A stretch of DNA of 64,000 nt from Eledone cirrhosa (taxonomy: Eukaryota), in assembly GCA_964016885.1 (NCBI GenBank), contig OZ024743.1, positions 227,788,001 through 227,852,000 of the forward strand, written 5' to 3'. How positions within the stretch are numbered: position 1 is the stretch's first letter; each line of letters opens with the position of its first letter. Of the stretch, positions 39,707 through 57,585 are shown in pieces. The notes beneath the pieces are model-generated. The model had not been told where the DNA came from. It saw only the letters and a program-made list of their open reading frames with translations, and did no database searches. The position numbers and the translations under genes are program-made.

Positions 39707-41452
39707 TTATATATATATACATATTTATATAAATATATATATATACACATATATATATATAGTGTGTGTGTATGTATGTTTATGTAAGTCTGTGTGCATG
39801 TATATATATATATCATATATATATCATACGTATATGTATGTGGTTATGTAAAAAAAAAATAATAAACAAAAAAAAAGAAGGAAACAACAGTAGAAAATTA
39901 ACGTTAATAAAAAGAAAACAGATATTTAATTTGGCAAGGTGTTGGTTCTCCTACTTCTTTTTCTTCTTCATCATCTTGAGTCTTCATATTTATTATTATT
40001 ATTATCTATCAGTGTTAATATGTACATGCATACAGTTTGTTTCTGTTAGGTAGGTAGGTTGGTAGGAAGGAAGGGAGGTTGGTTGGTAGGTAGGTAGGTT
40101 TGGGTCAACAGGGCAAAAATGTGTACTTGGGATGACAATACTTCTTCCAAAGAGGTTTATATATTTTTTAAAAATTTTTTCAAAGTTTGTACACAATGTA
40201 CATACATACTTACATAACATACATACATGCATTCATACAAATTCATGCACACTCGCAGATGCATGCATGTTAATTATAAACATCCAGGGCTCTAACATTG
40301 ACAGCAGTAAATTCCTTCTTTTTTTAATTAATTAATTATTTAATTAATTAATAATTAACACTTAATTTGCCCATATTTTTATAATGGCAAATTAAAAGTT
40401 GTACAGCAAAAAAAAATTTAGTTTGTTGTTGTTTTTTCTCTCACCCACCCAAGTTTGGTGGAGAAAAAATAAGTTTGTGAAAATACAAAGCAAGAAAATA
40501 AACAATCATAATCATGATGGTTATTACACATCCCATGCACTGATATACACATACACCCTTGCATATGTACAATATACTTATATGAAAAAAAAAAAAAAAT
40601 TAAAATTAACAACAAAAAATCCCACAACTATTTACAATGTTTTTTTTTACTCTTTTTGTCATATTAAAAAATCACTAGTTTTTGTTTGTTTTTTTTTTTT
40701 TGTTCTTTCTGGAAGATTCCCAGAGCAAAAGTTATTTTTGCTCCTTAATTACCATGATTTACAAAATACACAGAGACATATATATATAATATATAATATG
40801 TATATATGTATATATACACATATAAATATACATATGTATATTTGTACATACATATATATATATGTGTGTGTGTGTGTGTGTATCTGTGTGTATAGAAATA
40901 TATATGCATATGTGTGTATATATAAACACACACACATACATATATATATATATATGCACACACACACACATAACCTACATCAGCAGTGCTTCAAAAGATC
41001 CTCCATTCTACAATATTTTACTAAAAGTTTAAAAAAAAATCTAATAATAATAACATACATGGTTTTGAATTTGGATTGTTTTTCTGGTTTGTTTTATAAT
41101 GTTGTTGTTGTTTCTGATGATTTCTTTTTCTTCAACAGTTATGGAAATAATAAAATACAGCAGAAAATTCCAATAATAATAGTAATAAACATAATAATAA
41201 CAACAGTAATATTGTCAAGTCTTCTGTTATTTAAAAATTGACACCAAAAATCTGTTCAATATTTCTTGTTTAATTTTCCTCAATCAACTTCTTGTGATAT
41301 CTTTCCTTTATAGCGTGGCTTATTTTTCATAGATCTTGTTTAGTGTCTGTATATGTGTGTGTATATATATATATATATATTTCATTGTAAGTTAACTTTT
41401 ATAAGACTAATTCTACTTTATTCAGTGTACCTTATTCAATTGTTTCCCTTTC

Positions 41453-41493
<41 letters not shown>

Positions 41494-41917
41494 TGCATGT
41501 ATGTGTATATGTATGTATGCATTCTTGCCTGTGTGTTTTCATATACCAATATAGTGGTCTATATTTCTAGATATTTTCAGAAAATATCATTTTAAACCCC
41601 AGGCAACTATTTTATAGTAACAAATATTCTTTTTAAAAAAAGGGGGAAAACCAGTAAAAACCAATTATGACAGGAAACAAATTGTAATTTAATTGGTTTG
41701 ACTGTTGTATATTTGTGTATTATTAATTTTTATTTATTCTCAATGTGGTAGAGAATGGTGGTAGTGAATTGGGCTAGATTGGCTAGAATAAGACATGAAT
41801 ACCCAGTAATTAATACTTTTATCTCAAACTTAGTTTCAAATTGTTTATAATCTTCAGTTAATCATCAAATGCATGTTTATATTTTTGTTGTTTTGTTTGT
41901 AAGAGGTAAAAGATTAT

Positions 41918-41948
<31 letters not shown>

Positions 41949-42056
41949 TGATAATCTGTGAATGTTATGTAGTGATTGAGGTCAAGACGCAAATTTAATT
42001 GCCAGCCTATACAGAATTATTATCACCATTTTAAAACTAACATGTAACTTCCAGCT

Positions 42057-45154
<3,098 letters not shown>

Positions 45155-47352
45155 AGAAAGAGAGAGATGAATACACCTATATATATTCGTACTCACACAC
45201 CTACATATATATATAAATAATATATATATATATGTGTGTGTGATTGTATATAGTAAGCTATAACACATCAAACATTTCTTTTTTTTTTTACCACTTCAAC
45301 GTAATATTGATTCTTCAGTGCAATTAATAATTATATTACAGATAAACTCTAGCAATAAATAAAATATGAAAGTAAAAAGTAAAAAAAAATATCAAAACAA
45401 AAATAAACAACCAAAAATACCAAAAAATTAACAATAATGAAATTTTTACAAGAAAAAATATCTCGATAATTAAAAAAAAATGCACCTTAATTAACTCTTT
45501 GGAAGGAATGGGTCGAAGAATGATTAATATTTAAAAAAAAAAGATTTTGGATTATTTTTTTTCTTTCTTTCTTTCATTTCCAAATGCTGAAACTTGATTA
45601 AACAAATTTAAGCTTTGTTATTTGTTTTGTTGTTTTGCTTTGTTTGTTTGTTTGTTTGTTTGTTTGTTTGTTTGCTTTTTTCTTCCTTTCTTTCTTTTTC
45701 AAAGACTTGCATGAGGTAAGAAAGTTCAGTTTATCACAATGACAAATATAGTGAGAGAGAAGAAAATAAGTTGAAATAATATAACAATCACCAAAAAAAA
45801 AAAAAAAATAATAATAATAATAAAGTGGGTAGGGGAGTAACAGACAAAGACTGCATTTGTTTTAAAGAGGAAGCAACTAAAAAAAATGAAAACATCGCAG
45901 AATGATTTACAAAAATAATATTAAACAAATAAATAAAACAGAAAGGAAAATTATATATATAATTACAAATATAGAAAGCTACAGAGAGTTCTATACATCA
46001 TAACCTACCTCACTACAGAAGAAGAATAAAACAAAAGAATGGTAAAACATGTTCTCCACACAAACCAACCAACCAATCCAGATTTCACTATGATCACAGG
46101 AGCAAAAGATAAATGTGTATTGTTACAAATAGCCATGGAGATCCTTTAGATTTCTCAAGATGTTATAAGTCAATGGCTTATTTTTTATTTTAAAACAATT
46201 GATCAGATTGTACAGTAATGCATAAGTCTATGATGTAGATTAGGAAAGTTAGTACTAACTAATAGAATGTATTCATTCTTGTAGTTTACATAGCCAAAGA
46301 ATGGATATTTGGACTAATTTGTGTTACATTCCTAGTAAATATTTTCCATTGATCTACTATAGGTTTTCTATAGACTGCAATTATATCATACAAAGCTAAA
46401 AACTATTTTTTGCTCTTGCATCTTTTTGTACCAGATTATAAAGATGTATTTGCAAATTAAACACATCAATCATTTAAAAAATATTCTTAAAAAGTAAAAG
46501 AAACTTAGATTAATTATTAACAAGTATGTTAAGAAATTCTCTAATGGGAAAAAATTGTTATGTAAAATAAATTACTCAAATAGAAAACAAAAGGATTTCT
46601 AATTTAGCTAAAAAGAATCAACATTTATACATTTGATACTGATCTCTGTGAAAACTGGCTCTTCTATTATGAAACAAAACCACTCGTTTCAAACGGTTTC
46701 TATTTGAATTAAAATCTTCCTACATGATTCTATATAAGAATCCAATGATACATTAGTATCTTAGTAATGAAATAAATTATAGTTTTAGTAAATCACTCAA
46801 AGTTTTAACTAATTGAAACAGAGAGTACCTTATTAGAAATACAGTCATGAAAGGATTATTTAGTTAATAGCACTGTCACACTATTTCATAATGAGTGTGT
46901 CATGGAATTCACTTGTGTCATAATCTTAGCTATAATGTCTCTACAAATTTTCTACCTTAAATGAAGAAATATATAAGATAATTTTACCAGTACTAAACTT
47001 TCAGCATACATCCAAGCCAGAAGTAAAATGTAGGCGCTATTTACAAACAGCTCATTAGATATTTAAGTAATTAGTGCTAAAATTATATGATTTACATCAA
47101 GTTAACAGGTATAAGCATCTACATGTATTGCACAGAATGAATGTACCAGAACTTGAAGCAAGTAGGCCCTCTCAAAATCACAGGCCTATGCCAACTGGTC
47201 TTGCTTCTGTATATCTCGATGTTCCTTTAAATGAATAAAACACAGCCTCTTTATATATATATGTACCAATATGGGTACAGTAAAAAACTGTTTAGACAAC
47301 TACTTACCAGAGTACTTGATACTTGTTGTAGTAGAGTAGAGTTATATGAAAG

Positions 47353-47454
47353 ATTTGGGACCCCAACGGCTGAGCTCTTGCCGTTTCAACAGTTAATTCT
47401 AGACTGAATCTGGAACTAACTGTTGAAACGACAAAAGATCAACCTTCGGGTCCC

Positions 47455-47458
<4 letters not shown>
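47353..47458. repeat. Imperfect hairpin (~43-bp arms) adjacent to (TA)n
   Basis: GGGACCC...CGTTTCAACAGTTA / TAACTGTTGAAACG...GGGTCCC. Confidence 0.78.
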
Positions 47459-47505
<47 letters not shown>

Positions 47506-48209
47506 TATAAATATAATTCTTACTGACTGATGTTCGTCTAAATATCAAAAATATCAGTTTGTGTTATTAATCAACGCATCAATCTTTAGACTAACTTAAG
47601 TGAAATTATACTCAAAAAGGTTGTAATGAGATGTTGGTCTGCTAGAATAGTGTGGAGTGTTTATTACTAGGAAACAGAGAAATGAGATTAGCGACAAAAG
47701 ACAAGGGTAGAGAAAATAGAGGCAACAAAAAAAACAAAAAAACCCAACAAACAAAATGAAATAAAAACAACAATAAGAACCAAGAGGGACAAAAGTAGCA
47801 GAAATATATATATAAGGAGGAAGAGATTGGACGTCTATGAATGAATAACTCTTTCTTTCTATCTTTCTCTAGCTCTCTCATGCACGCACACACACACACA
47901 TATATACATACAAATTATTGTTGTCTCCCCGCCCTTTTCTCTTGGCTACCCGTTAAAATAAAAAGAGGAAAGAATATATATATATATATACGTATATTTG
48001 TTTTATGTATACATATGTATATACGTGTATATATCTATATATATATATATACATACATATAATATATATATGCATATATATATGCATATACATACATATA
48101 ATATATATATATATATACACATGCACAAAGACACTCCCATATATGCATTATACATACATACACAGATACAAAAGTAAATTCTATATACATATATGTGTGT
48201 ATTTATGTA

Positions 48210-48262
<53 letters not shown>

Positions 48263-48671
48263 TAACACAATACATATATGTATACATGTATATGTACATA
48301 CATAAAAGAAAACAATTCGGCAACAGTAATAGCAGCGAAGAAGCAAAATTGGAAAAATCAGACCAAAAAAAAAATGTTGGGGTAATTGGGGTTTAAAAAA
48401 AAAATGACCCGTTTCCATTCACCAAGGAACTATACCAGAGCTGCAGTGCTGGACCCCTTCTCCCTGTTTCTTATAGTGTACAGTAGGTAAGGTTGCACTG
48501 AAAAAGTATTGGGGGGTGAAAAGGGTGTAGATGTGTGACAAAGGACAGAGGGATAGAGAGAAAATGTAGAGATGATTATTATTATTTTTTTTAATGATTC
48601 TATTTTTTTTTTTACTAATTTCGTGACTGGCCATGCTGGAGCATCACCCTAATTATTGATTAATGATTTGT

Positions 48672-48706
<35 letters not shown>

Positions 48707-48859
48707 TATACAGATATATATTATCTTTTTTTTTTACAGAAGTTTGCTGGGGTGGCCTTAATAGCAACAGAAATAAAAGCAAACAGAAATAGACAATGAA
48801 CATGTCTCTTTGTGTGTCTGTTCGTGTGACTCTCTCCCTCTTTCTTACATGCACACGAG

Positions 48860-48897
<38 letters not shown>

Positions 48898-50484
48898 TAC
48901 ATACAAATACCATGGCCATGTATATGATGATTGACAGAGTATGGTAGTTTTTGGCAACAAGAGAGTACAGAATGGAAAAAAATTGTAGAAGAGAGGTGAG
49001 TAGAGAGAGCGAAAAAAAAAAGACTTGATAGAAAAACGAGGAAGCAAATATATCATTCTTACACAGATTAGCATGTTATCAATTTTATTATTATTATCAT
49101 CATCATCGTGAACATTATAGCATTGTTGTTATTATTATTATTATTATAGAAATTATTATTATTATCATTATTATTATTGAGGTGGGTAATGACTACCTGA
49201 AATTTAAGAGTGCTAGATTAAATGATTTTACATTCTGGGTTGTTCAGTTCAAACTCAATGTTGTGATCTTCCGCAAGCTCTGAATTTTAACTAGTGACTA
49301 TTCACAGTCCTTCTTCACCAGAACACTTCCCCTCTCAAATTCCCTCCCTGCACGTTTCTTTTGTTTTTTTTTCACCAGCCATTGACTAACAACAGTTCAG
49401 TTGGAACGTTAACGGCATCAGTCTCACCGGTCTCAGGGTCTTATTCCAGACCAAACCCATAGAACAAAAAAAATGATAACTTACACCCAGCTGTTGAATT
49501 AATACATAGTAAGTATAAAGATTTCTATGTAATGTCTAATATTTTTTATTTGTTTTTGCATAATGGCTGCTCTTTCATATTGTTATTCACTGATCTCACA
49601 TTACAGATATAATCATGCACGCTATAGTTTACAATTATTTAATTTATAATATTATTTTAGATTATAATTATCATAAATAATACTATTATCATGATACATA
49701 AAGCATTCATGGTTCAGAGACCGAGAAGACTGCAAATTAGGCTAATACACGATCCATATTAAGTTGCAGAATAGGTTTGTATATAAAGTATAGCCCTAAC
49801 AGAAGCTCCTCTATTGAGACTTTACTCAATATTATTATGATAATGATTTTAAATATTATAAATAGAGAAAATGAAGATTGCATTATTAATCTGTTCCAAT
49901 AAGATATATGTAAATAATAGAAATAGCTATTATTATTATTTCTAAAATTGGCACACGGTCAAAATTTGGAAGAGGAGAGTCTTGGAGTCAACTGGTGACT
50001 AGCTCGAAAGGATGAAAAATACCCCCAACCTTAAAACGAGTATTTGATTTCAGGCTATTGAGATACAAACAGCTCTGTCACATTATTATAATGTACAAAA
50101 AAATAATCATTGGTATTATTTCAAAATATTTTATTACACCAGATTAATACAACCATGAGTTTTCATCTTCTAATATTTAAAAATTGTCATTTACAAAGAG
50201 ATCTTTTATTTATATTAAACAAAATTTCAAATCTTACAAGAAGAAAATATGTAATTATGGTATTCTGCACTAATAAAATATTTTTTAATTCAGCCCTCTT
50301 AAAAAAATAATATTAATTTCTCAATAGATAAATAAATTATTTTCTTTAGATTTAGAAAGAAAGTGAAGACCAAGAATGTGCGAGTGATATTCATCATAAA
50401 GAAATATCAACTTGATAAGAACTTACAAATCATTCACATTATTATGTTTACCACATATGATGATGATAACAATAATAATAAAGG

Positions 50485-51140
50485 CTTCTAACTTAGGCAC
50501 AAGGCCAGCATTTTTGGTGGAAGGAGAAAGTTGATTAAATGGACGACAGAACTTTACTAAAATTTCATTTATCGACCTTGAAAGGATGAAAGGCAAAGTT
50601 GACCTTGATGGGATTTTAACTCAGAAAATACTGAGTCAGAACAAATGCCACAAATCATTTGTCTGATGCTCTAACGATTCTGCCCACCAATCATCCTGCT
50701 TATAATAACAGATGTTTCTTATAATGAGATAATGAGGGGTAAATGGTATGTGGTGGTGTATATGCTTTTCTTTTAAAGAATTAAAGGATTCTAACTTAGG
50801 ACTTGAAACTTCGTTGGTATTGGTTTTATCAATCCCATGAGGATGAAAGGCAATGTCAACCCATGTAAGATTTGAACTTACAACATACATAAAGGATGCA
50901 ACTACATGATGCAAGGTATTTCATCAACATCTCTATTTATTTTGCTTTCTATGAGTTTTAACTTTGTCACAGAGATAGAGTGTAATGCTAAAGGGTGTAA
51001 CTGATTTAATTGAACATAGTTACCAATGAGTGCTTAGTTAATAACCCAATTCCATTTCCCTGGCCTGGACAAGATTTGAACACAGAATGTAAAATGAAAT
51101 TAACCTTATACAGCAAGTCATTTACTATTTCTGCTAATTA
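50485..51140 (-). mobile_element. Cluster of three old family A-related SINEs
   Basis: AGGATGAAAGGCAA.GT..ACC and GATTTGAAC motifs. Confidence 0.65.
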
Positions 51141-51315
51141 AATTTATAAGAGTAGCAAAAATAGTAAAAACTACAATAAAGATTTCTTATAAAAGGCATG
51201 AAAAGCCCAATGCTTCAGAACAGTGTAGTGGGAAGTTATGACATTCATACAATCCCTAAAAGAGAGAGAAGGAGATTAAGATAATGTATGTGTGTTTGTG
51301 TATATAGTGTGTATA

Positions 51316-51394
<79 letters not shown>

Positions 51395-52616
51395 AATTCC
51401 TATTTCAAGCGAAATGATGGGTTAAAAATTGAAAGCTGAGTCACTGACATCGTTTCCAACAAGAACTTTCTCGCTATAAACATAGCAGCCACAAAAACAA
51501 TAATAATAATAAAAATAATAATAATACTAATGATAATGATAATAATTGTAATAATAATAATTCATTAATATTAGTTCAGCAGCATAATAATCAGCAGATT
51601 TGAAGAGTCCATTTTTAAAAATGGCAGGCAGGTTTAGAAAAGCAACGGTATTTAAGAGGAATCAGATTATTAAAAGTAATATTTTACTTTTTATGTGTGG
51701 CAAATAATTCTTGTTTTCAAGGGTGGGAAACTTGAATCAACTAATCAATCTTTCAATTTCTTGTTGAGACCACTTCAATTTATTATACTTCCCTAAATCA
51801 TCTGTGACATTGAATGGACCTTTGTCAGTTGTTCAATCAATGGAAGTACCTGCTTGTGAAACTAGTATGTAGGTGGTTGGTTATTCTGCAAATGCGTACC
51901 TTTATTCTCAGAGAGATTCAGCATCTGACTATGTGTAACAAGCCTGGTCCTTTGAAACACAGGCACACCTCATTTTTCACAGCTGAGTGGACTGGAGCAA
52001 TGTGAAAAAAAATGTTTTGTCAAGGATACAACAGACTGCCAGAAATAATATACATGTTAAAATAAAGGCCCTTGCATCTAAGTCATGCACCTTCAAGTAC
52101 ACATCATTACACTTAACTAAATTAACAGTAATGATATATAGAAAGATATGGACATCAAAGATGTACCCATTTTTTGAATATTGCAAAATTCATGTCTAAG
52201 AAACAGGAAAGATTCCACATTATTTTAAAACTTAAATTTTAAAGACTCTTTCAAGAAACACAGATAGTAAAATGTAGGAAGATAAGCATGTAAATAAAAA
52301 TAGCTAGATAGTGAAAAAAAAAGAAAGAAACAGTAATTAGTTACCAAAGCTAAGGACAAAGAAAGGAGTTTGAGAGTGAAGAGCTGGCTGACATGATATA
52401 CCAGGGGAATAAACAAAATATGAAATATAGATTTTAATAAATTCTATGGAAAGAGTGTAGGAAGGAGTTGAATAGTCTTTCTATGCTTATTTAAAGAAGG
52501 AAAATAAGAAATATATATATATATTATACACACAAAGACATAAATTTACAAACACATACATATGTATGTGTATATATATATGTGTGTGTATACATATATA
52601 TAAATATATATACTGA

Positions 52617-52687
<71 letters not shown>

Positions 52688-52934
52688 GGAGAGAAGTAGA
52701 CAGATAGAAACAAATAGATGGAAGCCTTTATTTAAACAACAAACTGAATGTTAAACTGGAAGGTAGAGGTTTGACCATTAAGAGAACATGATAAATGCTT
52801 GCACACATACACACAACCTCATACACACATATATATATGTAGGTACGTATGTGTGCATGTGTTTCATTTAGATAGATCTCCTTTAATATTGTGAATAGTA
52901 CACAATCCCTGAATTAGCTATTTATAAATAAATA

Positions 52935-53285
52935 TATTTCTAATATGAAGGCCAGGATTTTGAGAGAGGGGAAAGTTGATTAAATTGACCCCAGCTCTTT
53001 GCCTGAACTTTATCAACCCCAAAAGGATGACAGATGAAGTATATTTTGGCTGGATTTGAGCTGAGAGCATAAAGAGCTGGAAAAATACTACAAAGCATTT
53101 TGTTACAAACTCTAACGGTTCTGTCAATCTACTGTTCTTAAATATATATTTGTAATTTAGGCACAAAGCCTGCAATATAAGGGAAAGGAATTCTATTAAA
53201 TTGACCAGTCTTTGACTGGTACTTTATTCTATCAGACCCTGGAAGGATTAAAGTGAAAGTCAATCTCAGCAGGATTTGAACCTCA
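52935..53285 (-). mobile_element. Two old family A-related SINEs in tandem
   Basis: Tail, core and B-box remnants. Confidence 0.65.
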
Positions 53286-53292
53286 AATAATG

Positions 53293-53350
<58 letters not shown>

Positions 53351-53409
53351 AAATCTTTTATTGCCATGAGGGCGACGGATGAGGGGGGACATTACAAGGT
53401 CAAATATAG

Positions 53410-53446
<37 letters not shown>

Positions 53447-53705
53447 TAGTTATTATTATAATACAATAAAAGCATTTCATTGCATAGGAAATCTGTGAAA
53501 TTTTAATGTTTTGTATGTCAGTATGAAGACTATATGATTAGTGTCTGTCTGTGTGTCACGATTGTTGTGGCCAGGTTTATGCGTCCTGTTGTAAAATATG
53601 CAAATATTCCTGCAGCAGTTGTCACTGACGTGGAATAAAAAAAATAGAGGGAGAGGAAGGAAACTAGGTTCCTGCATGGGTGGAGCACGGAAGGAAAGGG
53701 ACAAA

Positions 53706-54076
53706 ATATATACATGTAATATATACATATACATTTATATATATATATATATACATATATATATACATATACATATATATACATATACATTTATATATAT
53801 ACATATACATATACATTTATATACATATACATTTATATATATATATACATATATATATACATATATATACATATACATTTATATACATATATATATATAC
53901 ATATATATACATAATACATTTATATACATATATATATATACACATATATATACATATATATATATATACATATATACATATATATACATATATATATATA
54001 CACATATATATACACATATATACATATATATATACACATATATACATATATATATACATATACATATATACATATA

Positions 54077-54146
<70 letters not shown>

Positions 54147-54191
54147 CATATACACATATATATATATATACATATATACATATATATATAC

Positions 54192-54224
<33 letters not shown>

Positions 54225-54365
54225 CATATATATATACATATATACATATATATATACATATATACATATATACATATATATATACATATATATATACATA
54301 TATATATACATATATACATATATACATATATATATATACATATATACATATATACATATATATAT

Positions 54366-54398
<33 letters not shown>

Positions 54399-54773
54399 TA
54401 TATACATATATATATATACATATATACATATATATATATACATATATACATATATATATATACATATATACATATACATATACATACATACATATACATA
54501 TATACATATACATATATATATATACATATATACATATATATATACATATATACATATATATATATACATATATACATATATATATATATACATATACATA
54601 TACATATATACATATACATATATATATATACATATATACATATATATATACATATATACATATATATATATACATATATACATATATATATATATACATA
54701 TACATATACATATATACATATACATATATATATATACATATATACATATATATATACATATACATATATATAT

Positions 54774-54808
<35 letters not shown>

Positions 54809-54817
54809 CATATATAC

Positions 54818-54848
<31 letters not shown>

Positions 54849-54950
54849 CATATATATATATATACATATATACATATACATACATATATACATATACATA
54901 TATATATACACACACACACACATGTGCACATGCACACACACACACATATG
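53706..54950. repeat. ~1.2-kb (TA)n/(TACA) array
   Basis: Direct reading. Confidence 0.98.
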
Positions 54951-55275
54951 TCTGTGTGTGCAATTTCAAAAAAAAATATCCCACCCCTTTTAAACAGAAA
55001 AAAAAAACATTGAAGTTCCATTATCATGGTCATCATCATCATTTTGTTAGCATCTCTACACCTTCCTAATCACTGCAGCTCTGTTGGGCCTTTTCTGTAA
55101 GTGTACTGGGAGGAGTGGGAACAGGTATATTTTTTAATTAATTAATTGATTAAATTCATATATATATATATATAATTATTTTTTTGTGTTGTTTGGTTTT
55201 TTTAAGAGAAGCACCTTCACTTCATTTTCATAAATGTTTCATATTTTAATATTCACATATTTGCATTTAGTTATG

Positions 55276-55310
<35 letters not shown>

Positions 55311-56090
55311 ATGTGTATGTGAGGGTGTTTCATACATGTGTGTGTGAAATTGAATGTAAGTGTATGTATGTGTGTGTGTGTGAACAATGGGGGTAGGGTG
55401 TCTTAGGAAAAAGAAGGAGAACATTATCCTTTTTTATCCATATATACATATAAATATACATGTAAATTTATATATACATTTAAACTTTCAAGTTTGTTTT
55501 ATTATTATTTTTTTGGTTGATTTTTTGTTTATTTTATTTTTTACTATTTTCTTGGCAAGAATAGGAAGCAGTGACATACATCCACACACATCAGACATCC
55601 GTCCATTCATCTATTTCTGGTTTGTTTCTTTGTTGTTTAGTTAGTTTACTTGTTTATTTGTTATTTTTTTTTTTTTTTTTAAACCAGGCATCCTTCCATC
55701 CATCCACCCAGCCATCCATCCAACCATCCATCTATCCATCCATCCAACCATCCCTCCATCCAATCGTGCATGCATCCATGCAGTGTCAAAGAAGTCATAA
55801 GACATGTTAAGGGAATAAAAGTTAGCAGCAGCAGCAGCAGCGGCGGCGGCAGCAGGTGTACATTGCAGCAGCAGCAGCTTCCTTGCATGTGGGGGATGGG
55901 GTGGAGTGGAAAGGATGGGGAAAAAAAATGTTCTTTTTTTTTTTTCAGCAATTGTGGTAAGGTGTGCATGTATGGATATACATATACATATGTGGGTTTA
56001 TGTATGTACATATGCATGTATGTATGTGTGTATTTATTATTTTAAGAGTGTTTTTCAACACTTGTAAGTAACCAGTTCCTAAGCAGGGGA

Positions 56091-56260
56091 CTATCGTGAT
56101 AGAAGGACCCATTGGCAGACGTGGATAAGAACAAACAAAAGAGTCCAAGAGCAGCGTGGAAAGTCAGAACTGTTTATAAGTCCCATATTTTTAGGACCAG
56201 TCGCATTAATTACAGAAGTCTTTTTGGTTTGAACAGGGCTTGGCCTGCTGTTGTCTACTA
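56091..56260 (-). CDS. Efn: Ephrin terminal coding exon with GPI-anchor-like signal
   Basis: Acceptor gtctttttcag, phase 1; (V)VDNSRPSPVQTKKTSVINATGPKNMGLINSSDFPRCSWTLLFVLIHVCQWVLLSR*; frame-compatible with the previous exon. Confidence 0.8.
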
Positions 56261-57500
56261 CTGAAAAAGACAAAACAGAAATAAACTATATTAATAAACC
56301 AGACACATAGACATTGATACACATTAACAAGCTACATTAATAGGACACAGACATTCTTTTAATGCTAAACTGTCCCTGAATCTATGATACAAAGCCATTT
56401 GTTTTAAAGTTTTCATATATGAATTTAAACCTTCAATCATAATTTGAGTAGGAAAAGTTTGTTTAAGTTATATTTCAAACACTGCTTCAAAATTCTTAAT
56501 TATTTTCAAAATAAATTGAAAGCTATATGCAATGTTTTTCATTAGAAATATACTAAAATAAATGTTAACACAGACATATTAATACTACAAGTACACATAC
56601 ATAGATACATAGATACATAGATACATTTTAACATGAGCTAATGAGGGAGCATCTTCATAGTCACTTGGCCTGTTGAAAAAAAAAGCAACCAAATTCCTTT
56701 ATCATTCAACAAAATATGAAAGGAAACACTGGAATAATGTAGTTCTAAACATAAATCATCTGAAACTAAGATGGAATAGTTATAGCAGGAATATGTTGCT
56801 CATAGATCTGCTTGATCAGAGCTGACATAGGGCTGAACAATAACAAATTTTGTGAATGCTGTATATCAGTACAGAAGCACAGTTGATGGAGTTGACAGGA
56901 AGCCAACCAACCAGTTAAAAGGTCATACTTTGTATATGTCACTGGCAGCAAAGTGTGTCTGAGGGGAGACACATTAAATCTCAATGCCTCAGTTCACATA
57001 GCTGTAAGTAGATACCAGCTGTGGCAGCTTTTAGTTTGACAAGTGTCTCTAATCAGCTTATAATGATGTGCTTAAATTATTGGCCTATAGAATGAGGAAC
57101 AACAACAACAACTCCCAGTGTATATTCTCTCATGAATTATTGCTACACAAAAGAAAATCTTTCATTAGACCTCATTGAAGTGATCAAATACCAGGTAATA
57201 TATACGATGTGAAGGTGCATGGCCTAGCAGTTAGGGTGTTGGACTAATTATTGTATACATCAGTACTAAATGTATATATAGGTCCCATAGCTCAATGACT
57301 AGAGCACTCAGCTAATATTTGAGGGATATGAAGTTTGATTCATTGTAGGAGCCACTGGCAACCTTTTTCTGTCTATAAGGGGTCGGTACATGATTTATAT
57401 CAACTAATATATTTACAGTACTTTTCTGCATCTGATTATATTTCATTTGCTATGAATCTCATAATACCTCAGTACTTCAAAATTTTGTTTACACACACAC

Positions 57501-57580
<80 letters not shown>

Positions 57581-57585
57581 AAGAA

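Noticed and set aside
49420-49445. CCCTGAGACC (miR-125/lin-4-like) on the minus strand
   Set aside because: The match stops after 10 nt and no precursor hairpin is apparent
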